Positions 11,380 through 24,330 of a stretch of DNA of 64,000 nucleotides are shown here, in pieces. Each line of letters opens with the position of its first letter. Position 1 is the first letter of the stretch. The position numbers were made by a program, and so were the translations under genes. The stretch comes from Octopus vulgaris (taxonomy: Eukaryota). The notes beneath the pieces were generated by a model, which saw only the letters and a list, made by a program, of their open reading frames with translations, ran no database searches and was not told the origin of the DNA. Location of the stretch: contig OX597817.1 in assembly GCA_951406725.2 (NCBI GenBank), forward strand, positions 104,222,001-104,286,000, written 5' to 3'.

Positions 11380-12616
11380 TTGGTTTCAAATTTTGGTACA
11401 ATACCAATTATTTCAGGGGTTTGGGTAAGTCAATTACATTGACTCCGGTGTTCAGCTAATGCTTAATTTATCAACTCCGAAAGGATAAAAGGCAAAGTCG
11501 GTACCGGTGGAATTCGAACTTAGAACGTGAAGACGGACGAAATGCCTGACGTGCAAACTATACTGCCAGCTCACAGCCATATTTCAAGGAATGATATTGG
11601 TTTCAGATTTGGGCACAAGGCAAGCAATTTCAAAAAGGGGTTATGTCGATTACATCGACTCCAGTGCTCAACTGGTACTTATTTTATCGACCCAGAAATG
11701 ATGAGAAGCAAAGTCGATCCCAGTGACATTTAAACCCAGAACATAAAGATGGACGAAATATCACTTTTTGCCTGGCGTGCTAACGATTTTGCTAGCTCGC
11801 TGACTTTGTATGCATATCAATTAAGCATTGTTTATGATGAAATTATTTAATTTGTATTATACTGAAAACATGATCAATGCTTTTTGTTTTCATTATGTTT
11901 TTATCATTGTGTGAATTAAATTTGTTCTTGAAAATTAATGTTTTGAAATCGACATTTGGTGGGCCATATGTCGACTGTATTAAGTCAACATATGCTTGTC
12001 TATGGATGTTATATAAAGCTGTTGTAAGCCATGGCAGCAATAATCTTGATTTCAAATGTTGGCAAAAGGCCAGATTTTTCGGACCCCAGTGTTTAACTCG
12101 TTCTTACTTTATCGACTCCGAAAGTATGAAAAACAAAGTGAACCTCAGCAGAATTTGAATTCAGAATGTAAAGACAAACGAAATATGGCGAAGCATTTTT
12201 CCCGGCGTACTAACAATTATTTTCTTCTCTAGGCACAAGGCCCGAAATTTGGGGGGCAGGGGCCAGTCGATTAGATCGATCCCAGTACGCAACTGGTATT
12301 TAATTTATCGACACCGAAAGAATGAAAGGTAAAGTCGACCTCGGCGGAATTTGAACTCAGAACGTAAAGACATACGAAATACTTATTTCTTAACTACCCA
12401 CAAGGGGCTAAACACAGAGAGGACAAACAAGGACAGACAAACAGATTAAGTCGATTATATCGACCCAAGTGCGTAACTGGTACTTAATTTATCGACCCCG
12501 AAAGGATGAAAGGCAAAGTCGACCTCGGCAGAATTTTAACTCAGAACGTAAAGACAGACGAAATACTGCTAAGCGTTTCACCTGGCGTGCTAACGTTTCT
12601 GCCAGCTCGCCGCCTT
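11380..12616 (-). mobile_element. Cluster of SINE family A copies (three monomers plus one dimer), all minus strand
   Basis: Repeated reverse complement of GGCGGCGAGCTGGCAGAA...GAGTTCAAATTCCGCCGAGGTCGACTTTGCCTTTCATCCTTTCGGGGTCGATAAATTAAGTACCAGT. Dimer at ~12225-12616. Confidence 0.9.
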
Positions 12617-13379
12617 ATGGAGATATTAATATTGTACTGTGATTGGTTTAACTGCAGATCTATCCTGATTGAACGAACTTTGGGATTAAAGGGTTCTGGT
12701 AGTAACAATATATATCAAACTGCACAATACTTGTTCATCCAGTCAACACACATACACACACACAGATTATTATTATTATTAATTGGCAGAAGTTAGAGAG
12801 TGACTCAAGGACTGAGAGTTTCATGCGTTGGCACTTATCAAGCAGATATATATACCCGTCATAATGATTATTCTCTGTGGAGAATAAACTATAACAATTA
12901 CAAGATGATCTTGATAATGTATATTTTTTCAAAACGTTTACCTGTTAAGCAGTACAATAATGAATAAATAAATAAATAAATAAGGAAAAAAGTAATGTAA
13001 AAGATGTGTGCGTGTGTGTGGGTACATAAATACGCACATATACACACACAGGCGTCTAATTCTATTCACGACGAGTTGCCTAGCCCTGTAATTTACAGTA
13101 GAAGAAACTTACTCAAAGTACTGCGTGAACCCGGAACTACGTGGCTTGGAATTGAACTGCATTTTGCCAAAAAGCCATACCTACAAGCAAGTGATCTTCC
13201 CACTACACGTCATAAATGAAACGGTATATCTGATGCTGTCATCATTTCGATTCTTCCTATTTTCCGGAGCTTAATTCAATGCTAGCAGTCTAAATCATTC
13301 AGTCACTCCTCTAAGTTATGATTATGCCGATGTCAGCAAAAATTAAGAGTCTTTTCTTTTTCATCATTAATCGTGGTAG

Positions 13380-14570
13380 AGCTTTGGCAGAGACATTAGT
13401 GCCACACAGTATTTAGTTCCGACACTTTATTTTCTCAGTTTGAATTGGCCATGGTCAACATTATCATCAACTCCTGAAAGGGTTCGATTAAATAAACTAC
13501 CGGTCAAGTACTGGAGTGGATATTATCTATTATACTAAAGCGGCAACCTGGTAGAATCGTTAGCGCGCCGGGCTAAAATGCTTTGTGGTATTTCGTCCGT
13601 CTTTACGTACTGAGTTCAAATTTCGCCTTTCATCCTTTTGGGGTCGATAACATAAGTACCATTTGAGCACTGAAATTGATGCAATCGACTCGCCCCACTC
13701 CACCGATATTGTTGGCCTTGTGTCAAAATCGGAAACCGATATTATCGATTATATTCTTTCACGAAATGTAAAGCCATTAAAAATAATTGAGGGTTATAAA
13801 TTTGACCATCTTCAACGTTCTGAGCTCAAATTCCGCTGAGATCGGCTATGCCTTTTATCTTTTTGGAGTCGATAAAGTAAGTGCCAGTCATGTAGTCGAC
13901 TTTCCCCTTCCCTCAAAAACTACTAGTTTTGTGCCTAGAGTAGAAAGGATTATTGTTATTATTACTAAGGCGCAAGGCGGCGAGCTGGCAGAATTGTTAA
14001 CACGCTGGACGAAATTCGCCCGTCACTACGTTGTGATTTCCAATTGCGCCGAGGTCGATTTTACTTTTCATCCTTTCGGGGTCGATAAATTAAGTACCAG
14101 TTGAGTACTGGGATCAATGTAATCGACTATCCCTCTCTCCCAAAACATTTCAGGCCTTGTGCCTATAATTGAAAGGATTATTACTAAAGTGGTGAGCTGG
14201 CAGTACCGTTAGCACGCCGGCCAAAATACTTATCGGCATTTCGTCCGTCTTAGCGTTTTGCGTTCAAATTTTGCCGAGGTCTTTAACTTTCATTCTTTCT
14301 TGGTCGGTAAATTATCAGTGCAACGTTGGGGTCGATCTAATCGACTAGTCCCCTCCCACAAAATGTCAGGCTTTATGCCTTTAGTAGAAAGGATTACTAC
14401 TAAGGCGGCGAGCCAGTAGAATCGTTAGTACGCCAGACTAACTGTTCAGTAGCATTTCATCCGCCTTACGTTCTGAATTCAAATGCCGTTGTGGTCAACT
14501 TTACTTTTTATTTCTCTTCTACCAGTCAATTACTCCCTTGAAACTTGCTGGGTTTGTTCCTAAAACAGAA
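13380..14570 (+). mobile_element. Head-to-tail cluster of ~6 SINE family A copies, all plus strand
   Basis: Copies start near 13380, 13540, 13810 (partial), 13975, 14188 and 14403, separated by short ATT/ACT-rich tails. Confidence 0.9.
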
Positions 14571-15319
14571 ACTATTATTACTAATATAGGCTCAAATTTG
14601 TTATGTATGTGTGTACATTAATACACACATATACACACACAGGCGTCTAATTCCATTCACGACGTGTTGCCTAGCCCCGTGACTCATAGTAAAAGACACT
14701 TACTCAAAGTACTGCACAAACCCGGAACTACGTGGCTAGAAATTAAACTGTTTTACCTAAAAGCCTACAAGCAAGTGATCTTTATTTTATCAATCTCAGG
14801 AAGGCAAAGTTGACCTCGGCAGGATTCAAACTCAAAACGTAAAGAACCGGAAGAAAATACAGCGATCTACTAATTATGTTTTCTACGCCACCATAATAAG
14901 GTTGACGATGTTGATGATGAGGAGGAGAGGAAGGAGAAGGAGGCGAGGAGAAGGATTGTTTTTACAATGGCCTACAGTTACAATATAGCATTGCACTAAG
15001 TACCCCACCTCCTTGCCGAAATAATAATAAATAAGATGAATAAGTGGCAAGAGCAGTAGATTCGTCTTTTCATGTAAGATGAGCAACAGGAAGATCACCT
15101 GCTAACAGGTGTGACTGTGTAATAAGAGAGTACACTTTGCAAACATGTACTTCCGGGTTCGATGCCACTGAATAACACCTTATTGACTTAGGAATGATCA
15201 ATGCCTCGTAATTGGAATTTGGTAGGTAGAAACGGCAGAAGCCCGGCAGTTCAAAATTTACTCGAAAATTAGAAATAGAAAGAGAACATACATACATGCA
15301 TACGTACATATATACATCT

Positions 15320-16115
15320 GTTGAGAAATCTACAGTTACTCTACCCAGATTACAACTTCAGGTTTATACCTGTAATTATTGGAACACTGAGATATGAAAC
15401 ACATTGCCTAAGTACCAGTCTTAAGAAATTAGGCTTCTCAAAACCAGAAAGGAGAAAGCTGATTCAAAGACTTACAGAGCCAAGCCATCACTGGAACTTT
15501 AAAAATCTGTAAAACTTTTCATTTAAGTATATGAGCATATCCAGACATATAACTATATGCACGAGAATATATACATAAAACAAAACATATTAATCTGCAC
15601 ATACATACATACATACATACATACATACATACATACATACATACATACATACATACATACATACATACATACATACATACATACATACATACATACATAC
15701 ATACATACATACATACATACATACATACATACATACATACATACATACATACATACATACATACATACATACATACATACATACATACATACATACATAC
15801 ATACATACATACATACATACATACATACATACATACATACATACATACATACATACATACATACATACATACATACATACATACATACATACATACATAC
15901 ATACATACATACATACATACATACATACATACATACATACATACATACATACATACATACATACATACATACATACATACATACATACATACAAACAAAC
16001 AAACAAACAAAAAAAATGCCTTGTTGATGTAATTGAAATTCCAAAGAAGGAGCCTTGGATCTAGATTAGAAACCGGCTCTTTCTCTATTGACATGAAGTT
16101 TTTAAATAAAACTAA
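15320..16115 (+). mobile_element. 3' end of a REL-endonuclease (R4/Dong-like) LINE with (TACA)n in its 3' UTR
   Basis: FIPVIIGTL...LKKLGFSKPERRKLIQRL matches ~49920-50070. The sequence flanking the microsatellite is shared with 50100-50375 and 53850-54225. Confidence 0.7.
15599..15992. repeat. (TACA)n microsatellite, ~390 bp
   Basis: Near-perfect tetranucleotide run. Confidence 0.98.
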
Positions 16116-16139
16116 ATAACGACATACATGCAAATAGCA

Positions 16140-16280
16140 GAAACAAAATTCAGCCAAGATCGACTTTGCCTTTCGTCGTTTTAGGGTCGATGAAAATAGG
16201 TACCAGTTGAACGCTAGGGTCGATGTAATCGACTAGTCCCCTCCCCCAGAATTTCGAGCATTGTGCCTATGGTAGAAAAG

Positions 16281-16367
<87 letters not shown>

Positions 16368-17000
16368 GTTATTATTATTATTATTATTATTATCATCATC
16401 ATTATCATTATTATTATTATTAAGGCGGCGAGCTTGCATAATCGTTAGCACGCCAGGTGAAATGCTTAGCAGTCTGCCGTTACGTTCTGAGTTCAAATTC
16501 CGCCGAGGTCGACTTTGCCTTTCATCCTTTCTAGGTCGATAAATTAAGTACCAGTTACCCACTGGGGTCGATATAATCGACTTAATCCGTTTGTCTGTCC
16601 TTGTTTGTCCTCTCTGTGTTTAGCCCCTAGTGGGTAGTAAAGAAATAGGTATTTCGTCTGCAGCTACGTTCTGAGTCAAATTCTGCCGAGGTCGACTTTA
16701 TCTTTCAACCTTTCGGAGTCGATAAATTAAGCACCAGTGAAGTATTAGGGTCGATGTGATCGACTTACCACCTCCCCACAAAAATTTCAGACCCTGTACC
16801 CATTGTAGAAAGGATTATTATTATTATTATTAGCACGCCGGGTAAAATGCTTAGCGATATTTCGCCCTCTTTACATTCTGAGTTCAAATTTTGCCGAGGT
16901 CGACTTTGCCTTTCAGGGTCGATAAATTAAGTACCAGTGAAACACTAGGGTCGATGTAATCGACTTGTCTCCTCCCCCAAAATTCCAGACCCTATGTCTA
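16140..17000 (+). mobile_element. SINE family A cluster including a dimer (16422-16815), interleaved with (CAT)n/(TAT)n
   Basis: Family A consensus motifs. The dimer has internal TTGTCTGTCCTTGTTTGTCCTCTCTGTGTTTAGCCCCTAGTGGGTAGTAAAGAAAT. Confidence 0.9.
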
Positions 17001-17049
17001 TCATTATTGTTGTTGTTGTTGCTGTTGTTGTTGTTGTTGCTGCTGCTGT

Positions 17050-17190
17050 TGTTTTGACTCTCGCTGTTTTATTAGCGGTTGTTCTTTACTAGAAAGCAGG
17101 CAATAACAAATCACCAAAGGTTTCGAGTGGAATCTTCTCCTGTGACTCAAAGAGACAATATTCTCTTTAGAATGCGAGCTGTACCCAACT
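17050..17190 (-). mobile_element. R4/Dong-like LINE extreme 3' end
   Basis: Closely similar to 36903-37000 (encodes LGTARILKRILS on the minus strand). Confidence 0.7.
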
Positions 17191-17296
17191 ATTCTCCTCT
17201 TCCATTACACAACCTTCACAACACACCAATCGCCGTCCTCCTTCTTTCTTCTTTACATACAATCTTGACACATCACTCTTGGTGTGGACTGATGTA

Positions 17297-17361
<65 letters not shown>

Positions 17362-17364
<3 letters not shown>

Positions 17365-18490
17365 TCAGGGATTACCATGAAGGTATAAAATACCAGTTTT
17401 GCACAGAAGGAGGTCTATTAAACCTGAAAGGGAAAAAGACCAAGGAAGAGATCCTGTGTGACTTTCTGTTTGCTGATGATTGTGCTTTGATTTCTCACAC
17501 ATTTGAGGGAATTCAGGAAACGGTTAACAGGTTTTCTGCGGCAGCCCATGCATTTGGACTGACTATAAGTATCAAGAAGACTGAAGTTTTATTCCATCCA
17601 AGGCCTGGGGCAGGACATACTTAAGACTCAAACGTGATGATAAACAACAAACCACTCAAATGGGTCGGATCGTTTAAATATCTTGGAAGTGCAGTAAACT
17701 GTAAGAGTATTCTTGATGATGAAATCAATGTTAGAATAGTTATGGTTACAAGTATTTTTGGAAGAATTGTCCATCGTTTGTGGGATGAACACGATGTCAG
17801 TCTGAAAACTAAAATGAGTGTATACAAATCTTGTATTTTGAGCCCACTTTTGCATAGGACAGAAGCATAGACTCCCTACTACAAACATATAAAGTAACTT
17901 GAAACCTTCTATAGGTGCTATTTGCGCAACATATGCAACATAAAATCACAAGATAGATAATGCCAAAATCTTAGAAAAAAAGGAACATCTCTAGTATCCA
18001 AAGTACGCTGATAAGAATTCAGTACAGATGGGCAGGACATGTTCGAATGAAAAATTACCGCATTCCGAAAATTCTTCTTTATAGCTAACAAGTAGAGGGA
18101 TATCGCGGCAAAGGAAGACCTCTCCTTAAATATAAGGATAAGTTGAAGCAATCACTAAAATCTTAACTTGACATCTTGGGAAAGTAATTACCTAGATCGA
18201 CCTACATGGCGAAAAATGTGTCATGATGCATCCAAACAATTTGAGTTGAAGAAAAAGAAGCACAGAACTATATTCTGCGGCCAACAGACACACTAGCCCA
18301 ATCCCAGGCAAAATCAAAATCATCAATTTCCCCATTACGACTTCGTAGCAAAATCCATACCTGGACTGAAATTACATTCATGCATCCATCGCAAATAGAT
18401 GCAGCTTCTTTGTGTTTTTTCTTTCCTATTACTATCTGTAGCTTTAAGTCCTCTCCTTCAACAATCATACATCGAAACTGACGGGAGCGA
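17362..18490 (+). mobile_element. RTE-clade LINE, 5'-truncated and degenerate
   Basis: DFLFADDCAL, FGLTISIKKTEVL, FKYLGS, KTKMSVYKSCILSPLL, then RWAGHV and GRPLLKYKDKLK, typical of RTE/BovB-like RT and C-terminus. Confidence 0.9.
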
Positions 18491-19738
18491 CCATTATTGT
18501 TATTATTATTGTTGTTGTTGTTGTTCTTGTTCTTGTTATAGCAGTCAAGTACTGGGGTTGATGTAATCGACTATCTCCAACCACCAAAATTTCAGGCCTT
18601 GTGTCTATAGAAGAAAGGATTATTTTTATCACTAGCTGGACACGTGCCGTCAAAAATGACGGCTAATTGTAGTATTTTATATATAAATAAGGTACAAGAC
18701 CAAGTTTTTAGTTTAATAATTCTTTTATTACCAAATTTATAATATACCTTACAACTGTAGTCGTTTAATGTTCTTGATACTCTCAGGCAATAATTATTTT
18801 CTCTACTGAGTTTGTATATGTATATGTGTGTATAGGTGTGTGATTGTAATAATTATTTTTAACAAAACAGATAGAATATGGATGGTAAATCAAATTAATA
18901 CACTTGTCAATGTTATCTAGTGGTTGTCTTTTGAGATGTGACATCGATCATCGTTTGTTACTGTAAGAACACTGGTTCACACATACAAACATTCACATAC
19001 TTCCCTTATACACGCACACGCATACACATATATACTCACACAGTCCACCATCCTACTTCCGTTGCACACACACACGCGTACACACACACACAAACTTTCA
19101 CATACCTCCCCTTTTACATACACACACATATACTCACACATACTTCCACAGAGTTGAAACGCTGTTTGAATTTTGTTTTTCTTTTCACCGTAGAATTTCC
19201 ATTATCCCACTACCAGTTTGCCATCACCCCTTCCTTCCTTTCTCATTCATATGCTGCGACGGAGAAAAAAACACAAGAGTATTATTTTAGTAGATTATAC
19301 TTGATTCTTGATATGAATGCATATATTCAGCAAAGCTCCCGTTTAGAAGTTGATTTTCTATTCTCGAATGAAAAAGAAATGTTTACTTATACTTAATATT
19401 TGCTCGTTTTACTAGTAAAAGGCTTTCGAATTAGTTAAACACGTTTTTTAAACCTTGTTTTCGACTGTTTAGTAAAAAAGCCATTTCTTTTTTTTTCTTT
19501 TTTTTGCGGTTCTAAATGGCTACCGTTGTAAGAAAGGAAGAAGATGCTAGTTCAGCAGTGATTGTATTCTCATTAAATAGCCACTCCCCAAAATATACAT
19601 TACGTTTTGAAAAAATACATGCTTAGACAACTAATGCCAAATCACAATAGAAACAAACGAACAATGAGATGAAAATTGGCATAACGGAAATTCACACTAA
19701 TAATGCTATCATCATCATCACAGCCAACAACATAGAAA

Positions 19739-19809
19739 GGCGCAATGGCCCAGTGGTTAGGGCAGCGGACTCGCGGTCGTAAGAACGCGGTTTCGATTCC
19801 CAGACCGGG
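19739..19809 (+). mobile_element. Isolated tRNA-derived SINE head
   Basis: GGCGCAATGGCCCAGTGGTTAGGGC (A box) ... GGTTTCGATTCCC (B-box-like). Acceptor stem does not pair well enough for a tRNA. Confidence 0.6.
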
Positions 19810-19944
19810 AATATTTGCTGTAGCCCATCTTTTGCACCAATACAAAATATGCACATGTTAACGCTTCTAACTAGTTAATATCAGAAGTCATGAGAGTCAA
19901 TGCCTAGTATTGCGTCAGGGCAATTATTATTATTAGTAGTAGTA

Positions 19945-20370
19945 GTTAGTCTGTCCTTGTCTGTCCCCTCTGTGTTTAACCCCTTGTGGGTAGTAAAGAA
20001 ATAGGTATTTCGCCCGTCGCTACGTTCTGAGTTCAAATTCCGCCGAGGTCGAATTTGCCTTTCATCCTTTCGGGGTCGATAAATTAAGTACCAATGAAAC
20101 ACTGGAGTCGATATAATCGACTAGTCCCCGCTCCACAAATTTGAGGCCTTGTTCCTCCAGTAGAAAGGATTATTATTAGGCGATGAGCTGGCAGAATCGT
20201 TAACACGCCGGGCAAAACGCTTAGCAGTATTTCGCTCGTCGATACGTTCGGAGTTCAAATTCCGTCGAGGTCGACTTTGTCCTTCATTCTTTCGAAGTCG
20301 ATAAAATAGGTACCAGTCGATGTAATTGTCTAGTCCCCTCCCCCAAAATTTGGCAAAATTTGAAACCATT
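19945..20370 (+). mobile_element. SINE family A: truncated dimer plus monomer
   Basis: GTCTGTCCTTGTCTGTCCCCTCTGTG...GTAAAGAAATAGGTATTTCG followed by the family A body. Second copy starts at ~20178. Confidence 0.85.
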
Positions 20371-20479
20371 ATTATTATTATTAATAGTAGTAGTAGTAGT
20401 AGTCAGTGCTCACATTTTTAATGAGTACTTTCACTGTACAACCTAACGGAACCATGTTAGGCTGTACAGCTATGTTTAA

Positions 20480-20800
20480 GTTTTGTAGTTTTTAATCTTT
20501 TGCATCCACATCTCAGTGTTGATCAATTATTAATTTTAACAGCCACATGGTATTTTGCGGCATTCCTTCTGCTCTTCTGAAAACAAATTATTTTTTAGAT
20601 GCTTATTTATTCTCCGCGATTTTATCGGAGTTAAGTTTTGATGACTGTTGGAAAGCATGTTATGCTTTTGTAATTTTTATGGTTCACTGTTTTATCGTTT
20701 GGGAGATTAAAATAACTTTTTTGTTCAACGAGTCCGACAGGTGTTGTTTCTGGCTTCGTTAATATCCTATTAGATATCTCTATTGGCACCTAATGTGTCC
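20480..20800 (-). mobile_element. Degenerate R4/Dong-like RT fragment
   Basis: Minus strand gives NYKSITCFPT (cf. NYRPITCL) and EQKECRKIPCGC (cf. EQKGC..GCK). Confidence 0.5.
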
Positions 20801-21109
20801 CTATTAAATATTTTAACAAGTCTTAGTTCTTACCACGTTCTGTTACCTTCCATTATTCTGGTTGTTTGTTTGTTTTACTGTTCTGGGTTACTCTGTGTTG
20901 TTATGATGTCTCACGCTCGTTCAGGAGGCTTACATCCTGAAATATTCATCGTGTTGCATCAGTGACGAAGACATTTATCATTCCCATGACTCAGCCGATG
21001 ACACAGTTCTTGTGATAAACATTAAAACGTAGAGATTTGTAATTAAATACTGCAGCACATTGAGTTCGATATTCTACGTTTAAACGACCCTCATAATAAT
21101 GATAATAAC

Positions 21110-21315
21110 GATTTCAAATTTTCCCACAGGGGCAGCAATTATGGGGAAGGGGATGAGTCGATTATATCGACACCAGTGTTCAACAGGTACTTATTTTATC
21201 GACCTCGAATGGATGAAAGGTAAAGCCGACCTCGGCGGAATTTGAACTCAGAACGTAGCGGTAGACGAAATACTGCTAAGCATTTTGTCTGGCGTACTAA
21301 CGATTCTGCTAGCAC
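21110..21315 (-). mobile_element. SINE family A
   Basis: Reverse complement of the family A consensus. Confidence 0.85.
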
Positions 21316-21339
21316 GCTACTAAGAATAATAATAACAAC

Positions 21340-21768
21340 AATACTTGAAATCGAAAAAATGTGGCATCTCAAGACGTTTACAATATCAGTGATTGTAGGA
21401 GCGCTTGGAATGGATAAAAAAAAGGAACTGAAAATTGAGGATGGTCCCTGGCTTACCATCCGTGGAGGAAGTCCAAAAGATTATTTTGACTGGTATGTCA
21501 CATGTATTGAGAAGAGCAATGGCGCTGTGAAATTTCTTTCCTTTTCCCCCTTTATTCTCTTTGTTTTCTTTTTCTCATTTTTTTCCTATCTTTTAATTTT
21601 TCCGTTTTTCCCTTTTTATTCTTTCTTCCCCTTTTTTCGGTCACATGCCTTTGTAAATGAGCGATTTGGTGTTTCTATTTTAATGGCCTGCCAATGTATA
21701 CACTGAGTTTCTTTGCCCTAGGCGCCGGGAAGACAGTTGGCAAGAAATGGAAACAGAATTGAAAGAGG

Positions 21769-21826
<58 letters not shown>

Positions 21827-22089
21827 AGAAAGGTGAAAATGGTGAAGAAGGTGAAGATAGTGCCAATTATTGTTAGGTCCTTGGGAACAGTATCAAAAGG
21901 CATCAAAAGGAATATAATGGAAATTGGAATAGAACTGTTACAAAAGGTTTGCCTCCTTGGTACGGCTAGAATAATCGAGAACGTATTAGATAGCTGAAAA
22001 GAACGAATAACATGGTACTGTAAGCTGCAGGTAGTAAGCCCGCTATGCATGCAAGATTCCAGGAGCTCCAAAAAAGCCTGTGATAAAGT

Positions 22090-22095
<6 letters not shown>
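21340..22095 (+). mobile_element. Two R4/Dong-like 3' fragments separated and flanked by (TAA)n
   Basis: LEIEKMWHLKTFTISVIVGALG and KVKIVPIIVRSLG...LLQKVCLLGTARIIENVL, both REL-domain C-termini. (TAA)n at ~21770-21823 and ~22096-22143. Confidence 0.75.
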
Positions 22096-22144
<49 letters not shown>

Positions 22145-22330
22145 TGGTTTCAAATTTTGCCTCAAGGACAGCAATTTTGGGGGAGGGAACGAGTCGACTA
22201 CATCGACCACAGTGTTCAACTGGTGTTTATTTTATCGACCCCGAAAGATGGAAGGCAGAATCGACCTCGGCGACGAGAGAAATACCGCTAAGCATTTCGC
22301 CCGGTGTGCTAACGACTCTACCAGCTCATC
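22145..22330 (-). mobile_element. SINE family A
   Basis: Reverse complement of the family A consensus. Confidence 0.85.
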
Positions 22331-22696
22331 GATGATAATAGTAATAATCTCTGCTAGGAACAACCCACATCCTGCACAAGACACTATCAATTCAATACTA
22401 CAACTCAAACGAAACCATTCACAAATACAAGACACACTCCATAAAGTAAATATTAAAAAAAAATAAACTACCACCAGCAGGCTGCATACCCAACGCATTA
22501 CACACACAACACAACATAAACACAAATGCAACAAAGGACTGCACCAGACCTCATAACAAAAGAAACTGACGTAATTCAAAATTGGGAAAAATTTGCTCTC
22601 TCCCAACAACAAAAATAACACAAAGCTGCACATGACCCAGAAATACGGTGGTGTAGCAGGTGAGGCAGAAGAAATTTGCCTGAAATTACCAAATGT

Positions 22697-22751
<55 letters not shown>

Positions 22752-22753
<2 letters not shown>

Positions 22754-23610
22754 GATGGGCTACAGCAAATATTCTGCTCAATACCACAGATTTGCTTGTC
22801 AGTTGTTTGACCTTAACCAGTTGAGCATGTCCCTTAGTGGCTGATGATATGTGCATCTCTGATCACGAGCAGAAGTAGTGGGGTAGTATCATAGCCATGT
22901 GTTGAGAGGGATTCTTTGGGTTTGAATAATTCACCTCTGGAAACATAGGTGTTTCGTTCAACATCCTTAAACAACCCTTACTCAGGGACCTTTTGAGCAG
23001 GATGGGTTACTCGACCAGAAGAAAATTCTAACTGGGCCCCACCTACAAGGTCATGTGCTGTTTATCTTGATATGAGATCACCATGTCGCGCATATATGGT
23101 TGTGATGCATGTGCCTGGTGTACCCTTATCAGACGGGTAGTCATGATGGGTATACTGGGCTTCGTATATTTTTACCCCAGTGTCACTTTGATGGCATGCA
23201 CTGCTCTCTCACTCAGTAATAATAATGATAATACAGTCACTCCCGTCGAAGATGACGTATACGTGTTAAGCTTTATTGCCGAACGTCCTGCACAAATGAT
23301 TTGGTTATTGTGATCAAATGCATGTGCTATGCATTAGCTCACTCTCTCCATCGACTCGACGGTGTACCATACGTCAGGTGTCGAAATGATCGCAGAGCAA
23401 CGTGAGATGAAGTGTTTTGCTCAAGAACACAACACATCACCCGGTCTAGGAACTGAAATCACGATCTAGCGATTGTGAATGCAACACCCCAACCACTAAG
23501 CCATGCGTCTAATAATAATAGTAAGAAGAATAGTAATAATAATGTGGGTATACTGGGTTCGTATATTTTAACCCAGCGTCACTTTGATTACATGTACTGC
23601 TCTCTCACTC

Positions 23611-23668
<58 letters not shown>

Positions 23669-23875
23669 TAATAATAATATAATAAAAATTACACTGATGC
23701 AGTACTAGGCACTGACTCTCATGGCTTTTGATATTAAGTGATTGGAAGTGTTAAGATTGGCTACAGCAAATATTTTGTTCGATACCACAGATTTGCTTGT
23801 CAGTTGCTTGACCATAACCAGTTGATCATATCCCGTAGTGACTGACGTTATGTGCATCTCTGATCACGAGCAGAA
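22752..23875 (+). repeat. Interspersed repeat bounded by (TAA)n with partial local copies (probable LINE 3' UTR)
   Basis: 22755-22875 recurs at 23755-23875 and 23148-23215 recurs at 23546-23611. Units abut (TAA)n. Confidence 0.6.
23240..23508 (-). mobile_element. CORE-type tRNA-derived SINE (third family)
   Basis: Reverse complement GCATGGCTTAGTGGTT...CAGTTCCTAGACC...GTGTTCTTGAGCAAAACACTT (CORE-like). Confidence 0.65.
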
Positions 23876-24139
23876 CACCAAATCAAGCCAAATAAAACAA
23901 CGAGAAGGTTCTTTACAACGAGATTCAAATTTAAGCGGAAAACTCTTGGAATGGCAAACCAACAAGAAGAGGTATATTTTGACGATTTTAGTTGTTAAAC
24001 TACTATAATATTAAGTTTCGTTATAAGAGTCTGTCCAGAAAGTATAGAATTAGGTAACTGTATATTTAGACGTACACACCATTTACACATACACGCACAC
24101 ACACACTCCCATGCATACATACATGTGTATATAAATATA

Positions 24140-24330
24140 TCATCATCATTTAGCGTACACTTTTCTATGCTTGCACGGGTCGGGCGGAGTTAAGTCGGGG
24201 CATATTTTCTACGGTCAGATGTTCTTTCAGTCACCAACCCTCACTTGTTTTCAAGCAAACGTATCATCTTCCCTTGGCCAAACATATTTTCGCAGAATAT
24301 TGAAAATATTGAGAATGTTTCTGCTTGTAC
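24140..24330 (-). mobile_element. RTE-type retroposon 3' tail
   Basis: CATCATCATTTAGCGTACACTTTTCTATGCTTGCACGGGTCGG, i.e. a (GAT)n-tailed 3' end on the minus strand. Confidence 0.5.

Noticed and set aside
13380-14570. CRISPR-like regularly spaced repeats
   Set aside because: Units are ~200-bp diverged SINE copies in eukaryotic DNA, with no unique spacers or cas genes.
15519-16157. Long ORFs of MYVC/TYIH repeats (also at 32-33, 44, 50 and 54-55 kb)
   Set aside because: Translations of stop-free microsatellites, not proteins.
19739-19809. tRNA gene candidate
   Set aside because: A/B boxes are present but there is no proper acceptor stem or canonical T-arm. Better explained as a SINE head.
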